A DNA stretch of 61,228 nucleotides, filler included, from Sphacelaria rigidula (GCA_964200075.2; 8 parts of 8 records of this genome joined end to end with filler, not necessarily neighbours in it), one strand, 5' to 3'; positions 38,234 through 50,835 are shown, numbered from the whole stretch's first letter. Numbers and translations are program-made. The notes: generated by a model from the letters alone, not told the origin.

Positions 38234-38333
38234 NNNNNNNNNNNNNNNNNNNNNNNNNNNNNNNNNNNNNNNNNNNNTTAATTAATTAANNNNNNNNNNN
38301 NNNNNNNNNNNNNNNNNNNNNNNNNNNNNNNNN
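38234..38333. other. Artificial contig linker N44-TTAATTAATTAA-N44
   Basis: Identical 100-bp spacer. Confidence 0.98.
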
Positions 38334-38398
38334 AAAAATATGTAGTTTTGTTTTGTTTGTTTGCGGTGGCGTGGGGGTGGTGGGGGGGGGAGGAGGGT

Positions 38399-38434
<36 letters not shown>

Positions 38435-40211
38435 GGGGGGGTTGGGACACTTTCTGTGGGAACGCAACTTCGGCATGGGATTCCCCTTGTCTTTCATTTC
38501 CCGCGTGTCATCATCATTTACCCATTAGCCACGGCGAGCAGCATATTACAGTCTCTATTACAGTCTCAGTACCGCAAACAGCAGCGATAATCTCGCCAGC
38601 AGTACAGGCGTTCTTACATGTCGGAAGATGCCCGCACACGCAACAAACTGTCGAATGGTGCATGAACACAAAAAAAGACGCGCATCCTGCTTCCCCTATC
38701 ATGGCAAAGGTCTGGTGCACACCTCTCGGCTTCAACGGTTCTTCTGTGACAGCACTTCGATCTACTCATGTCTTAATTCTACCTCACACACGCAAACACC
38801 AGCGAGTGAGTGACACATATTTGGAACCGGAAAACCTGTCACCTAGAGATGGTAATACTGTACGTTGTACTTTTTAATAGTGTCAGGGGGTGATGTACTA
38901 CGTACTATTGTACAGTACTGGACATACACACCGATATGGTGCCGAACGTGGCGAGAAATGCACCACCCCGGTGTGTTATTCGGGGGGCAGGGGAGTGCCG
39001 TATATGAAAACCGCTGGGGTTCGTTTCGTTCGTGCATCAAAGAATCGGTCACGAACCGTTTTAGTATCAACGCGCTCGTTTCCGGGTGTTCGGGTATTCG
39101 TGCATCCTTCCCTGTGCGGACAGTCATTCTCTCACAGGTCGGGGCTTAATTTGTCGCTGGGGAAATAACCGAGTTGGAGGGGATCTAGCGGAATGAAGTT
39201 CGTTTATCTCGGGAGTACGGGACTGAATGATCAGTCCGATGCCCCCTCTTTTTTCGGGTGGGGGGGGAGGGGGGGGGGGGGAAGTCGTCCCGTCTCTTCA
39301 TGTTTCAGTCAATAGGGCTATGTATGCGCCCAGTGTTGTTAGTTGGTCACGCAGCGGCGAAATCGCCCGTCTCGTGACAAACCCCTCCGGTAAACGGACA
39401 TGCCCTTGATTGAAATAACTGATAGTCTATTGTGATGATGGGAGTAGCATGAAGGGTTAGCACGGAAACCGATGCATACCCTGACTTGTCCCATCAGTTG
39501 CGGACTTTCCTTGGCTGGCGAATTCAGCGATGATTCCTGGCGATAGTCCGTGTTAGTGTGTAGTTTGTTCCCGTGCCGTATATCTTTTTCTCTCTTATTC
39601 TCGCAAAGTTTTCGAGCCGTATTCGCGTTTGTGTTTTTCTCTTGCAGCGCTTGCGGGCGACATTTCTCCGCGCGTTGAACCTCGGCCTGGCCTTTTTTGT
39701 TCTTGTTTTTCGCATCTCATTTTTCTTGTCCCATCTTACGCTCAAAAATTTCTCCCTTCTCATGTCACTTCCCTTTCTCGACGGTAAATTAGTGTCCGAT
39801 TTTTTTTGTGATTTTTGAATGATCTATTTTGTGATCACGGCTGGGCACGTGGCTTTTCAACGTCTAGGAACCAATTGATCGAGTGACAGTGGTCATGCGA
39901 AAGAAGTTACGCTATCAATAGTAGTTGATAGCTTGGTACTCGAAGTGTGAAATTGCCCTCACGGGTGATACGTACATAGTTCGGCCGCTGCTAGCCTAGT
40001 TGTTCCTTGCTATCAAGCATGAAGTGTATTGCAATAGATAAATGTCAAGGTGGCGGTCGCCCTGCCCCGGTGGTCGAACACCTCAGTTCGGGTAGAGTAA
40101 TAAGTTCGACAGTGTCGACATCCCGGCAGTAAGGTATGTTTTAGCTCTATTATACTGGTTTCTATTGTGAAAACTGTGATAACGTGAATAATCCAAAAAC
40201 AATCCAGCCGT

Positions 40212-40375
40212 GAACAAAATAGTAGACTGGGTTTGTGTGACGTGAGTTGACGCCGTGCGGGAGCGCTGACCCAATCCGCGAGATCAAAATGGANNNNNNG
40301 GGAGTGATGAGTGGATCCCGTGGAACCACGGACTCATACCGAGGAAGGGGAGGGGTTCAAAGTGTGAGAAAAACG
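40212..40375 (+). repeat. Repeat family R3, copy 2
   Basis: Colinear with 20755-20925 and contains a 6-N internal gap. Confidence 0.7.
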
Positions 40376-41466
40376 AAAAAAAGAGTAAGGGGGGGATAAG
40401 CGTGTCGGTCGTATCGAGATATTCGGCTTCGACGTGCGTGTTTTTTCCTTAGTTCGTGCATTTTGGGGAACTGGGAAGTGACATGGGACTACTGAACAAA
40501 AGTTCCCATTGATGAGGTATTTGACCGGTCGAGTCATATTACTACCGCGCTGTGGTGCTTGAGGTGGTACATCTACATTCTTAGGCTCAGGGCGAAATGG
40601 GAAGTTTTCGAGTCCAGGGAAGCTCTATGCGGTCATCATCTCAGGGGTATCCGATGCCTGTCGATGCAAGCATGAGCGCGTGAGTAGCGAAGAATTATTG
40701 ACGAAGGCGACGCGGTGCGGAGTGGTGATCCAGCCCATGATCCCAGAATGTCGGCCGTGCCTCGGGTGAGAGTTGAGTTGGATACTAAGGACTCGTCTTG
40801 AGGAAGGGCAAGGGTCCAAGTATGAAGTGAAAAGGAATACATGACAGTGATGTGACTTGTAGCGTTTCAGTCCGTAATTGCTTCTTTGTTCCAATTTTTT
40901 CATAATAAACTACAGCAGAAACGTTTGCCCCCGCTCATGTAACAAGCCAGTGCTTGCATTTATGTTTATGAGATGGGTACCCTCTCTTCGATGCATAGCA
41001 TAGTGTTGGGATTCAAGAAATGAAAGTTCCGAATATACATACTCGAGATTAGCGGTAAAACCAGTCACGGTTCATCGTTAGAACAAAGATCGTAGTAGTA
41101 ACCGAGGAGGTGGAATATTCATCGTAGAATAGTGAATAGCTGATGTACTGTATAGCTCGTATACAGAAAGTCAGCATGTTGTCAGAGTATTGAAGAGTTG
41201 ATTACGGAGAGTCCAAGTATCAACAGCTTGGAGGAACCTTTTTATAGTGTCCAAGAGTTTCGTCAAAACGATTGCCATAGCCTTACGCTATCACTCTCCA
41301 AAGCCACCCACCTCAAGTAAGCCTATCAGCTTGTCATCGCTTTTCTATAGAGAAGAGACAAATTGTGTTTGATTTGAGTTCGGCGAAGTGAAGCGCCAAG
41401 TTTAAAACATCCCTTCTTTCATTGCATAAGCAAGTGTTTAACCAACACTGTGCAGCCTCTGCGAGC

Positions 41467-41736
41467 TGTGACGAAAATACGCCGTTACGTTGAGTTGGTA
41501 GTGATGATATGGATAATAACCGTTGGTAGTGATGATATTGATAATGGCCGGCGACACTAGGTTGATACCCTAGCGTGTCTAGGTGGGTGCCTTGGAAAGG
41601 CACTCCGACAGTATGAGATGTTATACTCCGATAATATGAGATGTTGTGAAGGCTGACAACTGAAACTGAGGCCCGTAAGACTGGGGAGTCCCTCAACAGC
41701 AGTGATCCAGCAGTTCTTCCACTGGCTGGCGTCGCA
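41467..41736 (+). repeat. 5' LTR of Gypsy copy A (270 bp)
   Basis: Termini TGTGACG...CGTCGCA. Homology to 58316-58566 (gtgaaggctgacaact, ctgaggcc, actggggagtccctcaacagca, gctggcgtc) begins exactly at the TG. Confidence 0.85.
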
Positions 41737-42037
41737 ATATCGATATTAGTGCTAGTGTTAGTGCTAGAAACCTGCTGAGAAGGAATTCGATCGAAGGAGT
41801 CTGGTAGCTGTGAAAACCTGATAACCCACTGACGCGTGGAGAGGGTTCCAGCTGAGGAGGCTGCAGAAAGGCGGCTGGCCTGTGATTGATCCAGACTGGA
41901 GACTCGCTGAAGCCACGTGTATCGGGAGTTTGGAGGCCCCAACGACTGTGTGGTGCGTCGACGAAGCAAGGAAAGTGCAATTCGCGAAGGTCCGCTGGCC
42001 TGCAAAGGTTCGCAGTTAGCCAGTTACAGCTACAGCT

Positions 42038-43270
42038 ATGGCTACCGCCTCACGAGGTACGTCCACCGTGACCCCCGTGGTCATGCGAGAAGAGTTTCGA
42101 CCTCCCAAATACGGGGGTAGGTACTCAAAGGTTGCATCTCGCAATTTCTACACGAGGTATTTGAAATACAAGAAGCGTGTGGAGCACGCTAATGCAGAGG
42201 GTGCCGTGCGGCATCAGGTGGTGACAATGGCTCAGCAAGTGCCAACTCATGTACAGAGAGTGTTTGCTCGTTTGGAACATACTGAGAGCGCTCTCACCTC
42301 GCCGCAATTGGTTGCGGCGATCAAAAAGCATGCTGAGCATGCGGCGGGCGCCGAGAGAGATGTGATCCAAGCGTCCGCGGCCGTGGCGAAAGCTGTTGCC
42401 ATGGATTCTCGGAGAAAAAAGATGTTGGAGCGGGTGGAGCCCATCTTGCCCAATTTGGATAAGTACTTCACGGATAATCCGATCGTGGAAGTAGTGTATC
42501 GTTCTCCCTGCAGTAATCACTAAGGCTTTGGTGGAGGGATTGGCACCGGAAAATTTCAAGCAAGCCATGCTTATCAAGCTGCAGCACCAAACATACTGTA
42601 AGGCCAACCCATACCTGGTGATCAGCACCGTCGTGGCCGAGGCCAAGGAGTGGCGGAAAATAGAGTTGTTCGGCCAGTCATACACCTGTTCGTCGAAATC
42701 TATGCGCAACCATCATGGGTCAAACTCGGCTGGTTGCGCCGCGAGTATTACTTGCTACCGCTGTTGCCAGGTCAGCCATTACGCGCGCAATTGCCCAACG
42801 TCTTCCGTTGGAGAGTCTGGGCAGTCTAGCGCCGCGCGCCATCAACATCGTCAGCACAAGGGCAAAACACGAGATAATCGTGGTGACGGCGGCGGATCCT
42901 CGGGCGATGGAGGGTCGTATGCGGGCCCTCAGCAGCAGCCGCCGCCGCAGCAGCAGAATCAGCAGCAGCAAGGGCAGCGGCGTCAGCATGGGCCTGGCTC
43001 TGGGTCCGGCGCCGCCGTAGGTGCTGCTGCTCCGCAGCGGGCGGTGCAGGTGGGCCCGGCTCCTACAGAGTCGAACACTGCGCCGGCGCCGGTGGTGGCG
43101 CCGGCGGCGACACCGGCAGCAGCGCCAGGTGCGACGCCTCTTGACGCGCTCGTCGGGGTTTGCCAAATTCTTGGTTTGCTGGCTGGGGGGCGTACCCACT
43201 GGCGGTGCCGTTTGAACCTGGCGGGGCGTCATCGCCCGCGCAGCTTGCGCAGCCGTGGCTTCAAGTGGGG
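42038..43270 (+). pseudogene. gag: gag of copy A (frameshifted) with a CCHC zinc knuckle
   Basis: ORFs 42038-42523 and 42528-43274 include CYRCCQVSHYARNC and align with copy B gag (REE.RPP.YG..YS, KKRVEHANA.GAVRHQVV.M). Confidence 0.85.
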
Positions 43271-43319
43271 TTAGTGGCGCATAGATCAGCGGAAGAAGTT
43301 CCCGTGGAGCTTGCCGACA

Positions 43320-45841
43320 GATACATTCCGGCGGAGTTATCTCTTCCGAATCAACGGCAGCGTGGGATCGGTTTTGCGGTCTGTGTCGGATTAGGCTCCC
43401 ATTTCACCAGTCTGCCGGTGCAGATGGTTGAGATGCTGGAGCGTCAACTCCCGGGTGCGCCGCTGCGCATCCCGTTTTCGCTCGGGGCGCGGCAGGCAGT
43501 CACGGAGCGTACTGTTCCGTTGCAGCTAGCCTTCAAGACTACTTGGGGGCTGGCGCCGTTGCCTCCGATCTCTTTTGAGATTATTCCAGGATCGGATGGC
43601 GTTGTTTTTCTGGGGCTGCTGACGCTACAGGATGTAGGAGTCGACCCGTATGAGCGGTTGAAGCACTCCATCAAAACGCAAGACGTCTCCGCTTAGTCTG
43701 CACGTGGAGACGCCCGTCTTTTTGAGCAGTCGTCGCGTGAGCTTGTCGGTGAATGCCTTTCAGGAGGCTGGGGGGCAGGTGACCGAGGAGCGGGATGCGG
43801 CGGTGGAACGCTTAGTAGAGCGCGGCCCGGAGATGTTAATGATTCCGGCGGAAGAAGGGCCCGCTCTGAAGGTCGCGCTGGAGGAGAGCGTGACGGATGC
43901 TGGGGTGACAGGCCTCAGCGTCTCAAAAGCGGAGCGCCTGCGCGATGTATTGCATTGCCGCGTCAACGCGTTTCGTCGTGCGCTGCGGGGTGGTCCTCCT
44001 GCGCGCGTGGAGCCCATGCGTATTCAGCTAAAACCTGGGGCGTCCGCGGCGGATACCGCAGCGGTACGATCCAGTGACGTCGAGTTGGTTGGCGTTGGGC
44101 ATGGCGGCTCTTTTGGCGCTCGGGTTGGTGTTACGGAATTTGCAGGCGGGGTGGTCCAGTCCAGATATGGTGTTACCGAAGAAGGCTGCATCGCGGACGG
44201 AGGGCAGGCTGCAGGCGTGGGCGGCAGCGAACGATCTGGTGGCTCATGCCGTGACGCTGCTTCATGATCGTCCTGATTGTCAGGTGTTTATGTTTCCGGA
44301 TGCATTTGAGTGCCATTGGGGTAGTTTGGTCATGCAGGTGCCTACAGTTGAATTTGAAATGGCTGTGTGCGCTGTTGCTGTGTATTGTCCGTGTGAACCT
44401 GATGACTCGATGCTGTCCAAATTTGTTGTCCGCCAAGCGCAACAAGAAGACCTTGGGGCCGTTGATGCGGATGTGCAATCTTTCGAGTCGGACGTTGGTA
44501 CTGCTATCCCGGACAATAAAGGTCTGTTTTGTGGGCATATGCATGGCCGAAACGTTTTGTGGATTCCGAGTTATGACAAGCAGTCGCAGGTACGTCTGAT
44601 GACTTGTGCGCACATGCGCGACACCGGGCATCGCGGTGTGGCTGCGACGCTCGTGCGCTTGGAAGAGTTTTGTGTCTGACAGGGGATGGAAACTCATGTG
44701 CGCGAATTTTTCTGCCAGTGTCTTCACTGTGCTGACTCGAGGGCGGGCGATGTTGTTCCCCGCCCGCTCGGCGAAACGGTCCATGGGACCACGCCGAATG
44801 AAGTCGTTCATTTTGACTTCTTGTCCGTGGGCGAGAGTGGCCCGCTAGCTTCCCAAGGTTTGTCGGAGGATGCTGGGTTTCCATACATTTTGGTAATCAT
44901 GGATGATTTGAGCAACTTTGTGGCTCTGGACCCAGTAGCAGTGTGTACTGCCGAATCGACCGCTGCATCTTTGCTGAATTGGTGCAAAACTTTGGGGGTG
45001 CCGCGTGTGTGGGTGAGTGATACCGCCACGCACGAGAAGAATGCGGTCTTGGCCCGATTGCGAGAGACTTTACGCGTTGATCACCGATTTGTCGTAGCAT
45101 ATTCTCCGTGCTCTAACGGTACGTGCGAACGCATGGTCAAGGAAGTAGTTCGTGCTCTTCGCTCTATTCTTCTCGAGCAGCTTAAAGCGGTTTCCGAGTG
45201 GGTGGACGTGTTGCCGGCGGTGAAATGGGCGCTTAATGCAGCGTATTGTCGTCGTTACGATAGTTCGCCGTACCACGTGATGTTTGGTCGTGCCCCTCGG
45301 ACGTCGTTTTCGGTGCTGGCGTCTTCTTCGGCGGGGGAATGGAAGTGTGATGTTCTGGACGATGCTCAAATTTAGAGTTCATTGCAAGGAGTCTCGAACT
45401 TGCAAGAACGTTTTCACGTTCAAGTGCAAGAACGTGTTGCCGCTGAACGTGCGCGTAGACGTGAGGGGTCCTCGTCGGGGCTGGATTTGCCGAATTTCGA
45501 GGTAGGCGACTATGCCTTGTATGCACGCGTGCGTCGTCCGAGTGTTACGCCCAAGTTGATGGCGACATGGACTGGTCCATGGAGAGTGGTTGGTGCTCAC
45601 CACCCGCACGTGTTTGAGATTCAGAACATTGTTTCGAGTCGTGTTCAGACCGCCCATGTAGCTCGTTTGCGTCTTTATGCAGACTCGCAGCTTGATATTG
45701 CGGCTAAGGTTAAGGACGTGTTCCAGCATGCTTTCAATCAGGGACAATTTCAGATGGCTGGTATTGTCCGAGTGGCAGAAGCAGATGATCGTTCGTTGAT
45801 CGTGTTGGTCGACTGGGTTGGTTTCGGAGTTGAGGAGCGTA
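43320..45841 (+). pseudogene. pol: pol of copy A: decayed protease, RT N-terminus only, partial RNase H, integrase, GPY/F motif and partial chromodomain
   Basis: Motifs PPARVEPMRIQLKPG; MFPDAFECHWG; HMRDTGHRG...CLHC; HFDFL...MDDLS...VSDTATH...NGTCERM; KLMATWTGPWRV; IVLVDWVGFGVEERT. There are several stops and frameshifts. Confidence 0.9.
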
Positions 45842-45898
45842 CAACAGTGTTTTCGTGAGATTGAGAGTAGATGATACGATCGAGAGTGGCTTTGATCA

Positions 45899-45998
45899 NN
45901 NNNNNNNNNNNNNNNNNNNNNNNNNNNNNNNNNNNNNNNNNNTTAATTAATTAANNNNNNNNNNNNNNNNNNNNNNNNNNNNNNNNNNNNNNNNNNNN
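45899..45998. other. Artificial contig linker N44-TTAATTAATTAA-N44
   Basis: Identical 100-bp spacer. Confidence 0.98.
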
Positions 45999-47185
45999 GA
46001 CCATTGACCACGCATCCCTTCCGAGACGAAGCACCGTTCCTACTCCTAATAGAGACACCTCCAACATTTAGGTGCTCATTACGGTTCTTCCATACGTGAC
46101 ATAAAAACCCTTTTTACATGTCTGATCCCCGTCCTGTTCCACCGTCTGTGGCCACTATCTATCTCCTAGTAGTATAGGCATCGTTTTTTCTCCACTGTCT
46201 AATGCATCCATCGATTTCATGCCACCTTCGTTCACGTAGTATAAATTAAACGTAGCGAGGGAATAAGCATTTCGGTTATGTGGGTACCACCACATAGAAG
46301 GGACACATGCCCACAAGTGCCCGTCGAGGATTCACCATTTCACGTCTTTGTTTTCGCTTTGGTTTTTCAGCTTGTTCCATTCGTTCCATCGTTTGTTTTA
46401 TTCCACGAGTTGTTGTCTCCAGTGAGCGTCTCCGTTTAGTCTACCTCGGGGACGTCTATCTTGTGGATGACAACGACGACATCAACAGGTCACATCACAT
46501 CACATCACATCCCTCGGGGATTGGTTCATTCATGTGTGACAATCAAATCAATCAGCCAGGAATGTAAGCAACAATGAGATGGCGCTCCGTCTGTTCAAAG
46601 ATGCATCTAGTCTACCAGAGCCTTGGATGTGGCCCACAGGTTGGGAGGGGCGAGGATCTTTACCTTGATTGATTGATTGTCCCACAAAGAACTGAAACTG
46701 GTTTCAATAATTATGGTGGACAACAGTGCTGGAAATCCCTCATGAATAGTGAAACCCGCACCTGCTCTATCCTCTATGAAACGTGAAACCCGTACCTGCT
46801 CATATGATCGCAAATACTCTTACTATCAACCACGCGACTCTTCTACCACTCTTCCTGCCCCCAGGGCCAACGCAACACAAGTGGAAGATGAAGTACCGTG
46901 TCCTGGAGTTCCCTCTGGACCGACATGTGTATATCAACGGCTTCCGTGCTTGCTCATCTTCCGATGATACCACGTTTCGTGAAGCCAGATCCACGATATG
47001 CTTTCCTGTGTGTGTTTATCTGGTGAATAAATCTGGTTTTATCAATGTCATGCTCCTCTCACACTGATCTGTCTCTCATTTCTTTATGCAAAACGTTCCC
47101 GTAGTCAGCCAGGTCTCATTCCTGCAGCACCCGTGTGCAGATTTTGACTTTTTATTTTATGGTGATCGTACATCCACCGGTTTTT

Positions 47186-47380
47186 CTCGTTCTCGTTCTC
47201 GTTCTCGTTCTTCGTCTTCGTCTTCGTCTTCGTCTTCGTCTTCGTCTTCGTCTTCGTCTTCGTCTTCGTCTTCGTCTTCGTCTTCGTCTTCGTCTTCGTC
47301 TTCGTCTTCGTCTTCGCCTTCGTCTTCGTCTTCGTCTTCGTATTCGTCTTTGTCTCCATCTTCATCTTCATCTTCATCTT
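47186..47380. repeat. (TCGTTC)n/(TCTTCG)n/(TCTTCA)n compound microsatellite
   Basis: Directly visible hexamer run. Confidence 0.95.
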
Positions 47381-47625
47381 TATTTCATTCCTGTTTATTT
47401 GACTCTTTCTTCTTATTCTGTTTTGTTTTCACTATCAACGAAATTCGAGGCCCTATTTGCCATGTCCAGTAATTAATCCCTTCTTCCTTCCCCATATATA
47501 TCCTGAATATCGCTCGCCTCTGCACACATAAGCACATCGATAACAAACCGCCCCCCGCCCCTCCTCTCCCCCAAACCCTTCGCCGTGTACCGCAATCAAT
47601 CATCGCAATTGTCTCGGTGTGGCAG

Positions 47626-47785
47626 GAACGAAGGCATCCCGGCGTTTTTCCGTGGATTGGGCCCGTCAATGATACGCGCGTTCACGCTGCACTCTTTGAT
47701 CTTTTTCGGCTTCGAGACAACCGTCGCGCTTTTCAGAGACAAAGGCACCAGTAAGATCGGCAAACAGTCAATTCTGGAGGTTTAG
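47626..47785 (+). CDS. Terminal exon of a mitochondrial carrier (SLC25 family, carnitine/basic amino-acid carrier-like)
   Basis: After the acceptor gtggcag the sequence reads NEGIPAFFRGLGPSMIRAFTLHSLIFFGFETTVALF...*, the classic 'EG..aFfrGl.p...Rafp.....F..yE' end of carrier repeat 3. Upstream exons were not identified. Confidence 0.8.
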
Positions 47786-48889
47786 AAACAGCTTCCTCTT
47801 TTAGCATGCTGTTTCCTTCCTTCCTTCTTCTACGCGACCAGGATCGATCGTCCACTTTGGTCTTCATGCTCGAAGAGAAATCTATGCCTTGGCTTCAAGA
47901 ACTGTTACGAGAGCAACGCTACCTCGCCGCGGTCATAGGAGTAGAAGGAGCAGCAACTGCTTTCGTCGCTTCGTATCGTATGATACCATCGGCTCCGAGT
48001 GCCGACGTTCACTTTTTTTGTATCAGTAGTGTTTAAATGTTTGTCGTTCCGTTGGTATCCGTGGTTCATTTTGTTTTCATCGCCTTTGCGGTTCAGTCGT
48101 TCAAACCTGCATACCGGGCGAGTGATTGGTTCCTTTTCAGAGGTCCGTCTTCTGAATCGGCGTAATACTTGTTCACCATAGAGTCTCCTTCACTGCATGG
48201 TTTTGCCCTTTTAAATCAGGAGCATTCTCCATCACTTCACCTGAAAAGCAGGAAATAATGTCCCCTCCGCTGCCGCTGCCTTTTTATGGAAGTGTAAAAA
48301 AGACAAAAATCCAAACTAGAACATTGTCTGTGCTGCGGGGTTGTAAATCATACATGTATCGGAAGTCGAGATTATGCAAGGATCGCGACTTTTACCTCAA
48401 TAGGGGATGCATGTGGGTGAGTTGATGTACTGAGAGAGATCAGCGATAAGTGGTGGTCTGTCGGTTCTTGAGATGTTTCCGTGGGTTAAGCGGTGGTGTC
48501 AGGATGCATGGCAGTAATGATAGATTACATCAGAAAAAACGGCGTTAGGGCGCATGTGCTCTCATTTCCAAAAGCATCCGCGCAGTAATACCTTCCGCGA
48601 CACTAGATGAACAGCCGTGCGTTGAATAACACCCTCCTGAATAACACCCCGGAGTGGTGGGATGTCGGCTATATCTGGCACCATGCCGAACTCTACAGTC
48701 TTTCATCGAGGTACGTCGAGTATTATCCCATTACCGATACCCTGGGGTGGTACATTTTTGGGGCCTGGAAAATGATCAGTTTTCGAGAGGGTTGTAAAGC
48801 TAAACACAGCCGATATTCTGGGGGCGTGGTAGAGGGGTGGGGTGACACCGTGACTCCACAGAAGAGGGTACACAAGTACAAACGACGAT

Positions 48890-49098
48890 AAAAAGAGGCC
48901 CATAAGTGTGTCAGACGACCTGTCACACTCACGGTGCGCTTTTATTTGGTTCAAACCGGTGTCGATCGGTCCGCATGAGCGTCATTTCTATAAAAAGCTT
49001 GTTCGAGCAACCGTCGCTGCTTTCATCGACAATTCGACTTGAAATTTTGTGCAAGAAGTGGCCCGAAATACACCCCCCCCCCTATCTACGACTATGAC
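48890..49098 (+). repeat. Repeat family R2 (MITE-like), copy 2
   Basis: Colinear with 53726-53935. Confidence 0.8.
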
Positions 49099-49417
49099 AT
49101 GCATGATCATGAGTACACCCTATCGTAGTATGACTCGCAAGGGTTTTCGGAGCGTGTGTGTGTTTGTGTATACTTACTTATTCTGCTCTCATCGTGCCTT
49201 CGCGTTGCTATTGTGTTGATCTTGTGTTGATCTTGTGTTGTATTACCTGGTGGGCTGTTGGGTGGGTTCTGTGTGTAATCTTTGCCGACCCTGAGAATTG
49301 CTGTTGTGTTGATGCGACTGTGTGACTTCGTGATTGGTGTGATCCAATGCTGTTGGTTTTGTGTCGTGACCTTTTTGATCGGGAGCGCTCTCGGTCGTCG
49401 TAGTTGCCCCCGCCGCC

Positions 49418-49427
49418 GTTGTTGTTG

Positions 49428-49459
<32 letters not shown>

Positions 49460-49615
49460 GTTGTTGGTGGTGTTGTTGTTGTTGATGTTGGTGGTGTTGT
49501 TGTTGTTGATGTTGGTGGTGTTGTTGTTGTTGATGTTGGTGTTGGTGTTGGTGTTGGTGTTGGCGTTGGTGTTGGCGTTGGTGTCGTTGTTGACGTTGTC
49601 GTCGTCGTCGTCGTC
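49418..49615. repeat. (GTT)/(GGT)/(GTTGGT)/(GTC) compound microsatellite
   Basis: Directly visible. Confidence 0.95.
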
Positions 49616-50704
49616 ATTCCTGTTGTGTGTGACGACTGGCGTTCCTGCTCCTCATTGAGAATTTCCGTATCCCTCTCAAGCGTGGAGTAGGTCTGAACCG
49701 CAAGCGAACGTGAGGTCTAGTTTTGTGGTGCTGACGCAAATTTTCGACAAACACACACGTGGCTGCTTCTTCTACACGGGAGTTTAGGAGTAGCTAATAA
49801 TGAAGAAAGGTCGTCGAACAGTGAATATCAGATCTCATGCGCACGACGGCAGGATACATTATCCTCCATGATGAATGTATTTATAAATTGTCGCATATTA
49901 GAGAGTTCGGGCAAATATACTTATGTTCGTCGATAATCTATCCTCCGTAGATGGCAAAGAAGGGTGAGCCCTCTCTCCTCGACTACAAATCGCCGACACC
50001 AATGTCTCCGAGACAAATTTCTGTTTCAAATATCTGCTATCTGGCCCAGATAACATATGCTTGGAAACGGAAAAAAAGTGGTTTGAAGGAGGCGTTGGTA
50101 TCAATTCTACAGGGTTCGGGGTAGATAGCACACTGCAGAATCACCTGTGTATGAGAACTATGTATTTGACAAGTAGAAATGTGTCTACGCAATCACTCTA
50201 CGAAGTGATCCGCAACGAATGCAGCCGCGTTTGTGATAGAGACGTAACCCCAATAGCCTGAAAGGGAAAACTGGTTTCACTTCTAGAGTGAATCTAAATG
50301 AGTTGCACGGACGTCATTTCGCAAAAGCTCCGCCTCCAAACGCGCTTTCGACCCGTCTTTCGTGATTTCACTAAAAATTGAGATTGTAAAGAAAAAGAAA
50401 CGCTTGTCTTGCTAAGAGAAGGCTATGAAAACATTTGCAATATGAAATCCGAACGTCCACTGTAGGTAGTGCGCCGAACGCGCTTCCACCGCAACTATTT
50501 CGGACTAACCAAACAGAGTTTTTAGGGTAGGTACCGTAAGGCTCATTTCAAACTGAAGGTCGTACTCCATTTTAGGGCGTCTCAAGGTACATACAAGGAT
50601 CACTCACGGACAACAGAATACAGTGACCGAAATGCCACACAGGTGGACACTTTGCTACACCCTCGGAACACCTCCCGTAGGTAGAGATCCTCTGGCAACC
50701 GTCT

Positions 50705-50835
50705 AAAGGTCCAGAACCTCCTGCGACGACCCTCTACACACCCTGTAAAGGCCCAGAACCTCCTGCGGTGACCCTTTACACACCCTCTACAAGGTTCAGA
50801 ACCCCCTGTGGTGATCCTTTACACACACCCTCTAT
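50705..50835. repeat. ~42-bp tandem repeat, three copies (aagg.ccagaacctcctgcg..gaccct.tacacaccct)
   Basis: Three imperfect adjacent units. Confidence 0.75.

Larger units (their letters stand above)
41467..45841 (+). mobile_element. Degenerate Ty3/Gypsy (chromovirus-type) LTR retrotransposon, copy A; internally deleted and lacking its 3' end
   Basis: 5' LTR, gag with CCHC, protease remnant, RT/RNase H remnants, integrase, GPY/F motif and the start of a chromodomain, in Ty3 order (integrase after RNase H). Homologous to copy B. Confidence 0.93.

Noticed and set aside
47086-47476. Poly-Ser, (LR)n and (TK)n ORFs
   Set aside because: These are translations of a hexamer microsatellite.
49243-49658. 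Thr/Pro-rich mucin-like ORF
   Set aside because: It is a microsatellite translation with no supporting domain or clear splice context.
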